From Eledone cirrhosa (lineage: Eukaryota), in the NCBI GenBank assembly GCA_964016885.1, contig OZ024742.1, forward strand, positions 290,284,001 through 290,348,000: a stretch of DNA of 64,000 nt, written 5' to 3'. Shown one piece after another: positions 39,447-51,198 of the stretch (positions are counted from its first letter, which is position 1; every line of letters starts with the position of its first letter). Made by a program: the position numbers and the translations under genes. The notes beneath the pieces are model-generated. The model was not told the DNA's origin. It was given only the letters and a program-made list of their open reading frames with translations, and did no database searches.

Positions 39447-42211
39447 AACACTAAATCCCTCCCCCATGAAGAATTCACCTCCCAACATAGACTGATAATT
39501 AGCGACCTCATAGTCAGGACGAGACGTACTAGACAGCGGAAGAGGACTATCCTCAGGAGAAAAATATGGAAGCTAAAGGACCCCATAGCCAGAAATAAAT
39601 TTCAAAGCATATTACTTGACGCTTTCGACAGTAAGGAAGAGCAATTAGAGTCGTATAATATAGAGGAACAGTGGGAATTCCTGAGAGCAATCCTGCTGAC
39701 GGCGGCAGACGAAGTCTGTGGCTGGAGCAGGCCTGTAGGTAGGAGGAGAGTAACATGGTGGTGGAACAGTAAGGTGGAGGAGTCAATTAAGGCCAAAAAG
39801 CAGGCTTGGAAAGCATGGCGGGATGGGGGAAGTAGAGAAGACTATCAGGTAGCCAGGAGGGAAGCTAGGAGACAAGTGTACTTCGCAAGAAGGGAAGCAG
39901 AGGAAAGAAAGTTCAAGCATGTTCTACAACGTGAGGACCAAAAACGTGAGGTGTTCAGGATTGCCAGGCAATGTGTCAAGGAAAACCGTGATATTGTCGG
40001 GGAGAAGTGTGTGCTTAACGATGATGGCATACTTGCCATCACCGACGCTGATAAGAAGGTAGCTTGGAAGTGTCACTACGAAAGGCTTCTAAATAAGGAG
40101 AACAAATGGGAGAAAGACAGTCTCCCCCACATCGACCCAATAGAGGGACCAGCAGTGTTAGTCCAGGGTAGTACAATAAGCAAGGCAATCAAAGATATGA
40201 AGACGGGTAAGGCGGCTGGTCCTTCGGAAATAGTTGCTGAGATGCTGAAGGCATCTGGTTCGGTGGGACACACCATGGTCACCCGGATAGTTAACCAAGT
40301 CGTACAGAATGGGGTTGTTCCGAAGGACTGGCGTAGCAGCATCATCGTTAACTGCTATAAGGGAAAAGGAGATGCCCTAGATAGGAGTAACTATAGAGGC
40401 ATTAAATTAATCGACCAGGTCATGAAGGTCACGGAAAAAGTAATAGCGCAACTAATCAGAGAGAGAATTGATCTAGATGAAATGCAGTTCGGATTTGTGT
40501 CAGGCAAAAGTACCACAGACGCTCTTTTTATTGTACGACAACTACAGGAGAAGTACCTAGCTAAAAGTAAACCCCTATACTTAGCTTTCGTCGACTTGGA
40601 GAAAGCCTTCGACAGAGTCCCCCGTTCCATTATCTGGTGGTCTCTTAGAAAACTAGGTGTTGACGAATGGCTTGTGAGAGCTATACAAGCCATGTATAAA
40701 GAAACAGTCAGTAAGGTTAGAATTAACAACGAATATAGTGAAGAGTTTAGCGTAAAAGTTGGTGTCCATCAGGGCTCTGTTCTTAGCCCCCTACTATTTA
40801 TTATTGCCCTTCAGGCTATAACAGAGGAGTTCAAGACCGGCTGCCCATGGGAACTCCTATACGCAGATGATCTAACGCTCATAGCTGAATCAATGACCGA
40901 ACTAGAGAAGAAATTCCAAACATGGAAGCACGGCCTAGAATCAAAAGGCCTTAAAATTAACCTGGCTAAGACAAAAGTTCTAGTTTGTAGGAAAGAAAAT
41001 ATGGCGGCAGTCCCATCTGGGAAATGGCCATGCTCAGTGTGTAGGAAAGGCGTAGGTAGAAACTCCATTTTATGTCCCAAATGCAAAGTATGGGTGCATA
41101 AAAGATGTAGTGGGATCACAGGTAAGCTAACTAAGAACATAGATTTTACATGTGGCCGGTGCTCTGGTGCAATAAGTAGCAGCAAGTGCCCACAAAATAC
41201 TAGCTCCTTCAACTGCGCAGAGGGTTCTATAGAAATAGTGGACAGCTTCCGTTACCTGGGTGACAAAATCAGCAGTGGGGGAGGGTGCTCTGAAAGTACA
41301 GTAGCTAGAGTCAGAACTGGATGGAAAAAGTTCAGAGAGCTTATACCACTATTAGCCGCTAGAGGGTTCTCCCTAAAAATGAAAGGCAGGTTATACGATG
41401 CCTGCATACGAACAGCAATGCTGCATGGCAGTGAGACCTGGGCATTGTGTGCAGAGGATATACGCAGACTAGAGAGAAACGAAGCTTGCATGCTCCGCTG
41501 GATGTGCAATAGTAATATACGTGAACGGCAAAGCATAAACGAACTAAGGAAAAAATTAGAAATAAGAGGGATCAGATGTTGTTTACTCGAGAGAAGGCTA
41601 CGTTGGTACGGTCACGTGATGCGCATGAAAGACGACAGCTGTATAACAAAGTGCAGGGCAATAAAGATAGACGGTAGCCACGGAGTAGGCAGACCCAGAA
41701 AAACATGGGACGAGCTGATAAATTCCGACCTCACACGCTTACACCTCTCCAAGACAATGTCACTGGACCGAGACCTTTGGCGGTACTCAGTAATAGAGAA
41801 GACCCGCCTTACCTAAATACAAAGTAAAAACCTACTACAGTCAGTAGGCATCTCTATCAAAACACCCCCCCCCGTCCCACCACCACCACCCCATCCACAC
41901 CGCCCCTTTCAATGTACAGTTATGTTGGTGCCACAACATCCAGGCCGAAACAAATGAGATCGTGTAGGTGTCACGACAAAAAAACACACAGTCCACGCTG
42001 TAATGTGGCCGTGTAGGCAACACGGTAAAAACCTCCCAGCCCCACACTGTAAATGTGGTTGGTGTTAGGAAGGGCATCCAACTGTAGAAAACCCGCCAGA
42101 CAGTCCTATGCGAGCAAGACAACCACTCTTGCCTCAAGTGGGAAAACCCCCGTCCAAACCCATGCAAGCGTGGAACACGGACGCTAAACCTGATGATGAT
42201 GATGATGATGA
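39447..42211 (+). mobile_element. RTE-type LINE, 5'-truncated, with long open RT ORF
   Basis: 680-aa ORF with YKGKGDALDRSNYRGIKL, FVDLEKAFDRV, GVHQGSVLSP, YADD, FRYLG and RLRWYGHV. The 3' UTR ends in (GAT)n. Confidence 0.95.
39774..41816 (+). CDS. RTE-type reverse transcriptase with PHD-like Cys/His finger (retrotransposon ORF, lacks endonuclease)
   Basis: Uninterrupted ORF from the track with RT motifs, plus CSVC...CPKC.VWVHKRC...CGRC after the RT domain. Confidence 0.88.
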   Translation: MEESIKAKKQAWKAWRDGGSREDYQVARREARRQVYFARREAEERKFKHVLQREDQKREVFRIARQCVKENRDIVGEKCVLNDDGILAITDADKKVAWKCHYERLLNKENKWEKDSLPHIDPIEGPAVLVQGSTISKAIKDMKTGKAAGPSEIVAEMLKASGSVGHTMVTRIVNQVVQNGVVPKDWRSSIIVNCYKGKGDALDRSNYRGIKLIDQVMKVTEKVIAQLIRERIDLDEMQFGFVSGKSTTDALFIVRQLQEKYLAKSKPLYLAFVDLEKAFDRVPRSIIWWSLRKLGVDEWLVRAIQAMYKETVSKVRINNEYSEEFSVKVGVHQGSVLSPLLFIIALQAITEEFKTGCPWELLYADDLTLIAESMTELEKKFQTWKHGLESKGLKINLAKTKVLVCRKENMAAVPSGKWPCSVCRKGVGRNSILCPKCKVWVHKRCSGITGKLTKNIDFTCGRCSGAISSSKCPQNTSSFNCAEGSIEIVDSFRYLGDKISSGGGCSESTVARVRTGWKKFRELIPLLAARGFSLKMKGRLYDACIRTAMLHGSETWALCAEDIRRLERNEACMLRWMCNSNIRERQSINELRKKLEIRGIRCCLLERRLRWYGHVMRMKDDSCITKCRAIKIDGSHGVGRPRKTWDELINSDLTRLHLSKTMSLDRDLWRYSVIEKTRLT

Positions 42212-42677
42212 TTCATGGTTGAGTTAGAGCTAGTCTTTTAAATCTGTTTTTCCCTGTTTTGCATGGTTTGGACAGAGCCTGGAGCTTATCCCAGTTACTT
42301 GGGCATTAAACTAAGGGTACTTATGTTTAGCTAAATCAACTGGAACAGCATGAAATGAAGTGCCTTGCTGGTCTGAACATTGAACCCAAGGTCTTTACAT
42401 TCACAATAGAAATAATACATAATTAAAACATTTTATTGTAATTTATTGATAAATATAACAATTAATTTGAAATGTAGTCATCCCAATGCATGTGACTCTA
42501 ATAATAGCTGACCACTGTAGATAATAGTTTAAAAAATTAGGTACAATACCCCTGGAGATGGAAAAAAGTGGACAGCGGTGCTTGCGAGGAATTAAACCCT
42601 AAACCAGGCAAGTGTATTATTCACTGTTATACCAATATGTCTCTGACCACTGACTGCTGTCTTTTAGAAGCATTTAA

Positions 42678-42898
42678 CCCTTTACTATTTACATTATTCT
42701 ATATATACTATTGTAATTTCATGGTAAAGGCTTTACCTCACATAATTATCTCTCATAATATCGAATCTAAGAGATTTTGATATTATTTATGTTGAGAACA
42801 ATACCTTAACATCAGTATGATCAACTGGTTACAATTGGCTTGAACTGAAAGATATGAGAGAATTTTGGCCAGATATGGCTGGTTTAAATGCTAAAGGG
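42678..42898. mobile_element. piggyBac-type MITE (221 bp), second copy
   Basis: TTAA|CCCTTTAC ... CTAAAGGG|TTAA. Shares the aaggctttacctcacataattatctc...gagaacaataccttaacat core. Confidence 0.8.
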
Positions 42899-43118
42899 TT
42901 AAACTTGTATCTAGAAGTGGTTGACTTGAAACATTGGGAACATTTTAAATATGAAATATTGTTCTATTTATAGTGATCAACTACTATTTTAATCATCTGC
43001 ATTGGGACAACTACATTTTAAATTTCAAACTTTGCCAATGTATCTTAAGTCAACCAGAAGATAACAATTAATGTTTCCATGGAATTATAACATGAAAGTG
43101 TTTGGTTATTTCTAACAG

Positions 43119-43167
43119 GTATTTCAAGAATATTTCCAAGAAATACAGACAACTGAAACATCATCAG
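43119..43167 (+). CDS. PARP14: Macro-PARP exon F' (short)
   Basis: ttctaacag acceptor like exon F, G|gtaaac donor, 49 nt, phase 0 to 1. VFQEYFQEIQTTETSS resembles KFDEYF of exon F and restores the frame to exon G. Confidence 0.65.
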
Positions 43168-43379
43168 GTAAACACACAATATTTTATTCACAGATGTATA
43201 AATAACATTAAAAATTGTTCACAATTCTTTCAGAATGAAAATATAACACATATAATAAATACAATTAACTATTGCTAGGAACCTCACAATGCACCAAAAT
43301 ATATGGTCAAAGCAAGAGAAAGAGGGGGGGAAAAATAAAGAAAAGAGGGTGGGATATCTCTGATGACACTGCAGCTTTA

Positions 43380-44600
43380 TGATTCTTCATCTCCTTGATT
43401 GCTTCTTTGACCCTATAACTATCAACCTCAATAGCTGGTCCTTCTTTTGGGTAAGTAAGGGGTAGTCTTTCCTCTTCCCATTAATTCTCTACATTCATCA
43501 GTCTCTCATAGTAACATTTCCAGGCCTCTTTCTTTTGAACATTAGTGATGCTAAGTGCATGAGAGTAATTTTTAATACACTTTTCCCCAGCTACATCCTG
43601 ATTCACACTGACACACTGCCTTGTGATATGGTACACTTCTCGTCTCTGGTCCTCACATCGCAAGACATCGACAAACTTTCTTTTTTCAGCCTTTCTTTCA
43701 GCTCCGTATACCTGTCATCTATCTTCTCCCTTACCTACCTGGTACCGGTCTCTGATATCCCCATTTTTCCAGTATTTCCATGCCTGTTTCTTGGCTTTAA
43801 TGGCTCTATCCACTGTGCTTTTCCACCACCAGGTCACCCTCTGTCTAGCTGGTGAAAAGGTTGTCACGCAAGATATCTGATTGTTGTCTATGTTATATGT
43901 ATCTGGCTTGTCAATCCTCTCATCGAATGCATCTCATAGGGCCTTTCCAAACCTGCCATGTAACATTGCATTTTGCATGCAGGCATCACATAGTCATCCC
44001 ATCACTCTGAAAGAGCAGCCATTTATTGCCAGCAATGGCAGCAACTACCTGAACTTCTTCCAGCCTGTTCTTACTTTGGCTATAAAACTTTCAGAGCATC
44101 CACCTACACTACTAATGTGATCTCCTAGATAGCATAAGCTGTCTATCATTTCCAGCAAACCTTCTGAACATCTAATAGGGTTTATCTCTTTAGTATTCTT
44201 ACTGTTAACTATTCCTACACATCTACCACTCACAAAGCCTGACCTTCCCATCAGTCTATCGGTGGTTCCACTTCCTCTCGTAGGTGTCTAGTCTACACTG
44301 GATACAAAGTATGGAATTCCTACTCCACCTCCCTTTTCTACACATTGAGCATGGTCATTCCCTGATAGTAGCAGAGACTTATCTTTTTTTCTTACTAAAA
44401 CTTCAGTCTTTGAGGTCATTTGATTCCAGATTTTGCTTCTATGTCTGGAACTTCCTTTCTAGTTCTTCTATCATTTCAGCTATAATGGCACAGAGGAGCT
44501 ACCATGCACAACCAGTCTTGAATACCTCTGTTATAGCTTGTAGGACTATAATAAACAAGAGGGAACTGATGACTGGGCCTTGGCAAGCCCTGTTTATGTT
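43380..44600 (-). mobile_element. Two degenerate RTE fragments
   Basis: EDQRREVYHITRQCV...EKC and YLGDHISSVGGCSES..VRTGWKKFR on the minus strand. Confidence 0.8.
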
Positions 44601-44690
44601 ATCATAATTTTATGTAAGACTCTTTGTAAATTCCAAATACCAGTTAAATAATGAGAAAATTAGTTGTATTACTAAATTGCATTATTTTCA

Positions 44691-45085
44691 AGTGGATTGG
44701 CAATAATCGGTAGAGGGTCGGACACCATGCTTTGACGCATAGAGTTACGGCCCTTGCCATTCTGTGTTCAAATCCCGTCGAGGTTAACTTTTCCTTTCAT
44801 CCTTACGGGGTTGATAAAATAAAGTACCAGTAATGTACTGGGTAATTGCTGGCCTTGTGCCAATAATAGAAACAATTATTTTCAAATGGCAGTGGATTGG
44901 CAGTATCGGTAGAGCATCAGACACCATACTTTGCAACATAGAGTTATGGCACTTTACCTCCTGAGTTCAAATCCGACTGAGGTTAACTTTTCCTTTCATT
45001 GTTACGGGGTCGATAAAATAAAGCACCAGTAATGCACTGGGGTAACTGCTGGCCTTGTGCCAAAAGTAGAAACAATTATTTTCAA
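44691..45085 (+). mobile_element. Two tandem SINE copies
   Basis: Same unit as the 47168 cluster; TTATTTTCAA recurs at the junctions. Confidence 0.85.
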
Positions 45086-46941
45086 ATGATTTGAAAACTA
45101 TAAAGTGCGTCTTTCATTAGAAATATGATTAAAAAAAAGGTTAATAATGAATGAGAGGAGAGATGAGTAAGTCTGGAGAGCCCAAGTTAAGGTAGTGCAA
45201 GATCATCCACATTCACAGAACATAAGCCATTGTATTAATGGTAACTTACAGGAATAGGAGCATATTTGTAAATAACTCTACACCAATTAATTGAGTGACT
45301 TGGTCTAGAAAGTTTACATGTCCCAGATGTAAGAGCAGTACTCCATTGTGGGTTTCTTTCACCTGAACTTTCTAAAGGGTCAGCAATTGATGAGAGAGTT
45401 GAAGTATTTTCTGGTCATGGGGAGCTAGTGTTTAGGGTGTAGTCCTTGTTATGTTAAGGATGCATATTTGCCATAAGAGATCCTCAGAGATTGCTAGGTT
45501 GAGCATTTGGAGCAATTGCAATGCCCTAATTGTGTGATGCTTATAAAAGGGGTGGGAGAAGTATGATAATGTTTTCTTGATTTGAGCAGAGTTTGGGTTA
45601 TTTTGGCTGTTGAAAGAGACATGCTTGTCATTGCTTCATTGGAGGATGGTTTTGAGGTCTCTTTCATGGAGTCATTACAGACTTGGTGTGAGACAGTCAA
45701 CAATTAGTTGAGAAAGGTTATGGAAGAATGAAGGGTTGTTACATTTGCATAAGAATGGGCATTGTTGAATGTGAAGTAAAGTAGATAATTGGTGTATAGA
45801 AAGAAAAGGAGGATGCAAAACTGCATGCAGGGGAGCACCAAAGTTAGTTATAGTCTATAAACATATTAAAATTTATTTCATTTGTGAACTGACGTGGCAT
45901 CATAATCATCATTTCATGTCTGATCTTCTGTGCTGGCATGGGTTGGATAGGTTGTTACAGACCAATTCAGAACTTAATCAGGGTTACTAGTCTTCCAGAC
46001 AAGTCAAGGGACTATGCCTCCTTTAAATATGTTCCACATTTGACATGGCTTCCAATGCTCTTTACACAGGATACTGGGTACATTTTATTGTGGCACCACT
46101 GCTAAAGATGTTGTTGCATCCTTCATGTGATTAAAAAGGTCTTCTGAGCCTGTTTTTAGCACAGCCACAAAAGCTGGCTGCACTTCCTATCACTAACCAC
46201 TTTACAGAGTATATTGGGTGCATTTTATTGTGGCACCACTGTTGCATAGGTTATTATATCCATGGCATGATTGAACAGTCTTCTCAATCCTTTTTTTGGC
46301 ATGATTTCTATTGTTGAATGTTCTTCTTTAATGCCAACCATGTTACAGAGTGCATTGGGTTCATTTTATCATGGCACCAGCACTAAAGAGGTTATCATGT
46401 CATTAATGTGACTGAAGCTTCCTCTCTACCCTTTTTGACAAGATTTATGACTGGATTACCTTTCTAAACCTAATTAATTAGAAAAATTGACACATATACA
46501 ATTAATGCTTTGATACTAGCCTACTGAAAACCATATCTGTTTCTATGAAACAAAAGCACCCATTTTGAAACATTCCTATTTATATTAAAATCGTTCAACA
46601 TAATTTCATATAACTACTATATGTTAAGTTACTATCTTAGTAATGAAATTATTTATAATTTTAGTAAATCTATCCAAATTCTTAATTAAATAATTGAAAT
46701 ATATAGTTCATATTTAAATTAGTATCTTCTAACATAATTTTATATAAAAACCATATGTTAAGTTACTATTTTGTTAATGAAATAACAATTTTACTAAATC
46801 CCTCAAAATTTCCATTAATTGGAATACAGTAATATTGGTACAAATGGGTTAATATCTTGTCTAGGTACAGTAACATAAGAAAGCATCTGTTAGTTATGTG
46901 ACTATTTTTCTTTGACAAAATGAGTATTTCTTTTATTTCAG

Positions 46942-47123
46942 AGAGTGATGCATCAGAGGACAATACAGTTACTGACGTCCATGAAAAAGACATGAGTGTC
47001 TCAGTGAAATTCATTTCAAAATATCAAATTCTTGACATAGCTGTAAAAACTGTTAAAGAAGAATATATCTCCATGTTATTGGATGAGGTGATGCCATTAG
47101 ACTTTGAGTTAACAGAAGCTCAA
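46942..47123 (+). CDS. PARP14: Macro-PARP exon G, linker/KH-like region
   Basis: ttttatttcag acceptor, gtaagt donor, phase 1 to 0. Open frame ESDASEDNTV...VSVKFISKYQILDIAVKTVKEEY...EAQ. Confidence 0.75.
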
Positions 47124-47167
47124 GTAAGTTTGTCAAGAATGTTACATGTTTATTATTATCAACATGA

Positions 47168-48155
47168 CTGTGGATTGGCAGTATTGGTGGAGGGTCGGAC
47201 GCCATGCTTTCCAGCATAGTTACGTCCCTTTACGATCTGAGTTCAAATCCCGCCGAGGTTGACTTTGCCTTTCATCCTTACGGGGTCGATAAAATAAAGT
47301 ACCAGTAATGCACTGGGTAATTGCTGGCCTTGTGCCTAAAGTAGAAACAATTATTATCAACATGACTAGGATGGTGGATTGGCAGTATCGGTAGAGCATT
47401 GGACATTCTGCTTTGTGGCACAGGGTTACACCCCTTTCCGTTCTGAGTTCAAATCCAGCTGAGGTTAGCTGTAAATTTCTTCCTTATGAGATCGATAAAA
47501 GAAAGTACCAGTAACACACTGCGGGTCGATTTAATCAACTTTTTCCTCCCCCCAAAATTTGCTGGCCTTGTGCCTGGATTGGCAGTATCGGTAGAGGGTC
47601 TGACGCCATGCTTTGCAGTAAAGAGTTACGGCCCTTGCCATTCTGAGATCAAATGCCGCCGAGGTTAACTTTGCCTTTCAATCTTACGGGGTCGATAAAA
47701 TAAAGTATTAGTAATACACTGGGATAATTGCTGGCCTTGTGCCAAAAGTAGAAACAATTATTGGTGGATTGGCAGTATCGGTAGAGGGTCGGACGCCATG
47801 CTTTGACGTATAGAGTTACGGCCCTTCCATTCCGAGATCAAATCCCGCCAAGGTTAATTTTGCCTTTCATCCTTATGGGGTCGATAAAATAAAGTACCAG
47901 TAATGCACTGGGATAATTGCTGGCCTTGTGCCAAACGTAGAAACAATTATTATTATTATTATTGATAGGGCAGTGGATTGGCAATATTGGCAAAGCATCG
48001 GAAACTATGCTTTGCAGCACAGAGTTTTGGTCCTTTGCATTCTGAGTTAAAATCCCCCGATAAAATAAAGTACCAGTAACACACTGGGATCAATTTAATC
48101 GACTTTCCCCATCTCCAAAATTGTTGGCCTTGTGTCTAATGCAGAAATCGTTATT
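47168..48155 (+). mobile_element. Head-to-tail cluster of about 6 tRNA-derived SINE copies
   Basis: Repeated ~190-bp unit: A-box-like TGGCAGTATCGG, B-box GAGTTCAAATCC, core TTGCCTTTCATCCT..GGGGTCGATAAAATAAAGTACCAG, tail AGAAACAATTATT. Confidence 0.88.
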
Positions 48156-48404
48156 ATTATTGATTACTGAGGTGGAAGCCACGTTTCTTCTCAGCTCCCG
48201 TAAGCTTTTCTAAATTTAAACATTTTTACTTGTTCTAATATTGAGTTTCAAGGTTATAAACTTGACTGAAACAGAAAAACCAGACTGCTAATTGCAGATG
48301 TAGTTCTTGAACCTGGAACGATACCCCAATGAGTATATACACATATATTTACTTACACACATATACACACACTTATACATATATAAATATACACACATAC
48401 ATAC

Positions 48405-49672
48405 AATGCCAAAGATAACGACAAATTCACCTCATGCTGCCGGACGAAAGGGCAAGGCCCCCTCCTCTTTGTTGCGGCCGCGGATGGCCAACATAACCCC
48501 AACCCCATCCCCCTCACCCCTCCCTACGCTCCACCCACCAAACGCAATCCAAAACTTCAGAGTTGGTACCATGAATGTAGGCACCTTAAAAGGCTGCTCT
48601 AACGAGGTTGTAGAAATGGTTGAACGTAAGGAGGTTGATGTTTGCTGTATCCAAGAGACTAGGTGGAGGGGCGGGTCTGCTAGATTCATTGTGAGTAAAA
48701 AACGATGCTATAAGCTTTTCTGGGTGGGAAATGACCATGGGCTGGGTGGGGTAGGAATCATGTTAGCAGAAAAATGGGTGGATAAGATAATAGACGTAAA
48801 TAGAGTGAATGACAGAATAATTAAAATAAGACTTGTTCTAAATAGAACTACTGTGACAGTAATATCTGCGTACGCACCCCAATCCGGACTGCCCAGCACT
48901 ATAAAAGACAGATTCTATGAGACACTGATGCTCACTACCTTCCAAATAACCGACAGTGACTATATAATTATTACTGGCGATCTAAATGGTCACGTTGGAC
49001 AACATTGTGACGGCTATGACGGAATCCACGGAGGCTATGGGTTTGGTACTAGAAATGAGGAAGGCTCCAGAATCCTGGAATTCTGTGATGCAAATAACCT
49101 AACTATCTGTAACACTAACTTCAAAAAAACGAGACAATCACTTGATCACCTACAGATCAGGGGAACATACCAGCCAGGTAGATTATATCCTTACCAGAAG
49201 GCGTGACAGAGTGTCTGTTGTAAACACTAAATCCCTCCCCCATGAAGAATGCACCTCCCAACATAGACCGATAATTAGCGACCTCATAGTCAGGACGAGA
49301 CGTACTAGACAGCAGAAGAGGACTATCCTCAGGAGAAAAATATGGAAGCTAAAGGAACCCCACAGCCAGAAATAAATTTAAAAGCATATTACTTGATGTT
49401 TTCGACAGTAAGGAAGAGCATTTAGAGTCGTACAATATAGAGGAACAGTGGGAATTCCTGAAAGCAAACCTGCTGATGGCGACAGACGAAATCTGTGGCT
49501 GGAGCAGGCCTATAGGCAGGAGGAACAGTAAGGTGGAGGAGTCAATTAAGGCCAAAAAGCAGGCTTGGAAAGTATGGCGGGATGGGGGAAGTAGAGAAGA
49601 CTACTGACTGTAGGTTAACTTTGTACATAGGGAAGGTGGGTCTTCTGTATTACTGCGTGGTGCCAAAGATCT
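48405..49672 (+). mobile_element. 5' half of the RTE-type LINE (APE endonuclease) joined to an inverted 3' fragment
   Basis: ORF with VGTMNVGTL, CCIQETRW, SAYAPQ, GDLNGHVG and QVDYIL. 49606-49672 is the reverse complement of the family's ORF end and 3' UTR (compare 24900-24970). Confidence 0.9.
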
Positions 49673-50550
49673 CGATACATATATATACAAACACATGTAT
49701 ATGTCTCTATCATTTCACTCTTCTTTTAAAGATACAGTGGGTATGTGTACATAACTAGTATATAATAACTGTATATAATGATACATCCAGTATTGAAATA
49801 ACGGTTCAGATTACTACAGTGTTTTCAGTATAACACTAGATTACGCTATAATCCAGTATGAAATTAATATTTGTTCAGGTTATCGTCATCATATAGTGGA
49901 ATTGTTGGTGCCACGAAAAAATGCATCTACTACACTCTGTAAGGTGGTTGACATTAGGAAAGGTATCTAGCCATAGAAACCATGCTAAAATGGAAAGTAT
50001 AAGCAAAATGTGGTCAGTTGACTTGTCTTGTCTCAAATTATGATAATCCATCTATCTAATCCAGCATGGGAAGTGTATGTAAGTAAAAGGATGAAGGATG
50101 ATAATGATGAAGATGACTTTAAATTAAATGAAGGAGATGCTCCATCATAGCTACAATCCAATGACTGAAATCAGTAAATAATATATTTCAAAATTATTTT
50201 TAGGTGCTACAATAAAATACACTTAGGATACCCTGTAAGGTTGTTGGTGTCAGGAAGGGCATCAGACTGTAGAAGATGTGGTGAAAAGACTCCATTTGTG
50301 TCAAGGACCTGACAACCTCCCTAGTGTTGATGCTATGATAAAATGCACCCAGTACATTCTGTAAAGTGATTAGTGATAGAAAGGGCTTCCAGCTATAGAA
50401 ACCATGCCAAACAAAGGGTTGAGAGAATGTTTTGGTCTTGCTGAGTACATGTGATGGGGATGATGATGATGCTGGTAATACTGATAATTATATTGGTGAT
50501 GATAATGAGGTGCTTTATAAGAAATTGTTTTCTTTTATTAATTTTTTCAG

Positions 50551-50914
50551 AAGAAGGAAGTCAGAAACATTAATGGCAAGGACAAAGTCAACATAAATAT
50601 TGGTTCAAGTATTAATATTCATGGCAGATTGCCTTGTGTAAAAGATGCCAAAATCAATATTCAATCCCTATTAATGAAATTCAAAAAACAGGAAGAGGAA
50701 TCATACATTAAAAACATGGTGCAGTGGTACTATTACAGTAGAGTAACACCTGAAAGAATGTTTGATGAAGAAAAAAATGCTGTGTTAGAGAAAGCTTTCT
50801 CACAGAAAAAAAAAACATTCACATGGAGAAATATTAAATATGATATTAAGAATCTATGTTTTGTAAAGAATGGATTGCAATTTCAACTGAAGAGAACAGA
50901 AATAGGAAAAGGTG
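50551..50914 (+). CDS. PARP14: Macro-PARP exon H, KH-like segment and WWE domain
   Basis: ttttttcag acceptor, G|gtaagg donor. Encodes ...INIHGRLPCVKDAK...VQWYYY...FDEEKNAVLEKAFSQKK...YDIKNLC...LKRTE, a WWE-like pattern placed before the PARP domain. Confidence 0.82.
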
Positions 50915-50982
50915 GTAAGGATGTCTTTTTATCATTATAGTCATCATCATCATTAACAATCATCATTTTATGTCTACCTTTA

Positions 50983-51198
50983 GGGTGGTGGATTGGCATT
51001 ATTAGTAGAGCATTGGACAACATGCTTTGCAGCATATAGTGATGCCTCTTTGTATTGAGTTCAAGTCCTACCTAGGTGAACTTTGCCTTTCATCCTTATG
51101 GGGTCGATAAAATAAAGTACCAGTAATGCACGGGTCAATTTATTCAACTTTCCTTTCTCCAAAAATGGTTGATCTTGTGCTTAAATCAGAAACTATTT
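50983..51198 (+). mobile_element. SINE copy
   Basis: SINE unit flanked by a TTTTATGTCTACCTTT duplication. Confidence 0.8.

Noticed and set aside
8287-43167. Two separate tandem PARP genes
   Set aside because: No stop codon or catalytic exon was found between the cassettes, and exon phases join into a single frame.
45180-45840. Possible Penelope RT/GIY-YIG remnants (also about 27300-27740 and 58900-59580)
   Set aside because: Only a faint resemblance; too decayed to support without a profile search.
47168-48155. tRNA gene cluster
   Set aside because: A and B boxes are present, but the units lack a cloverleaf and carry a SINE core, tail and TSDs.
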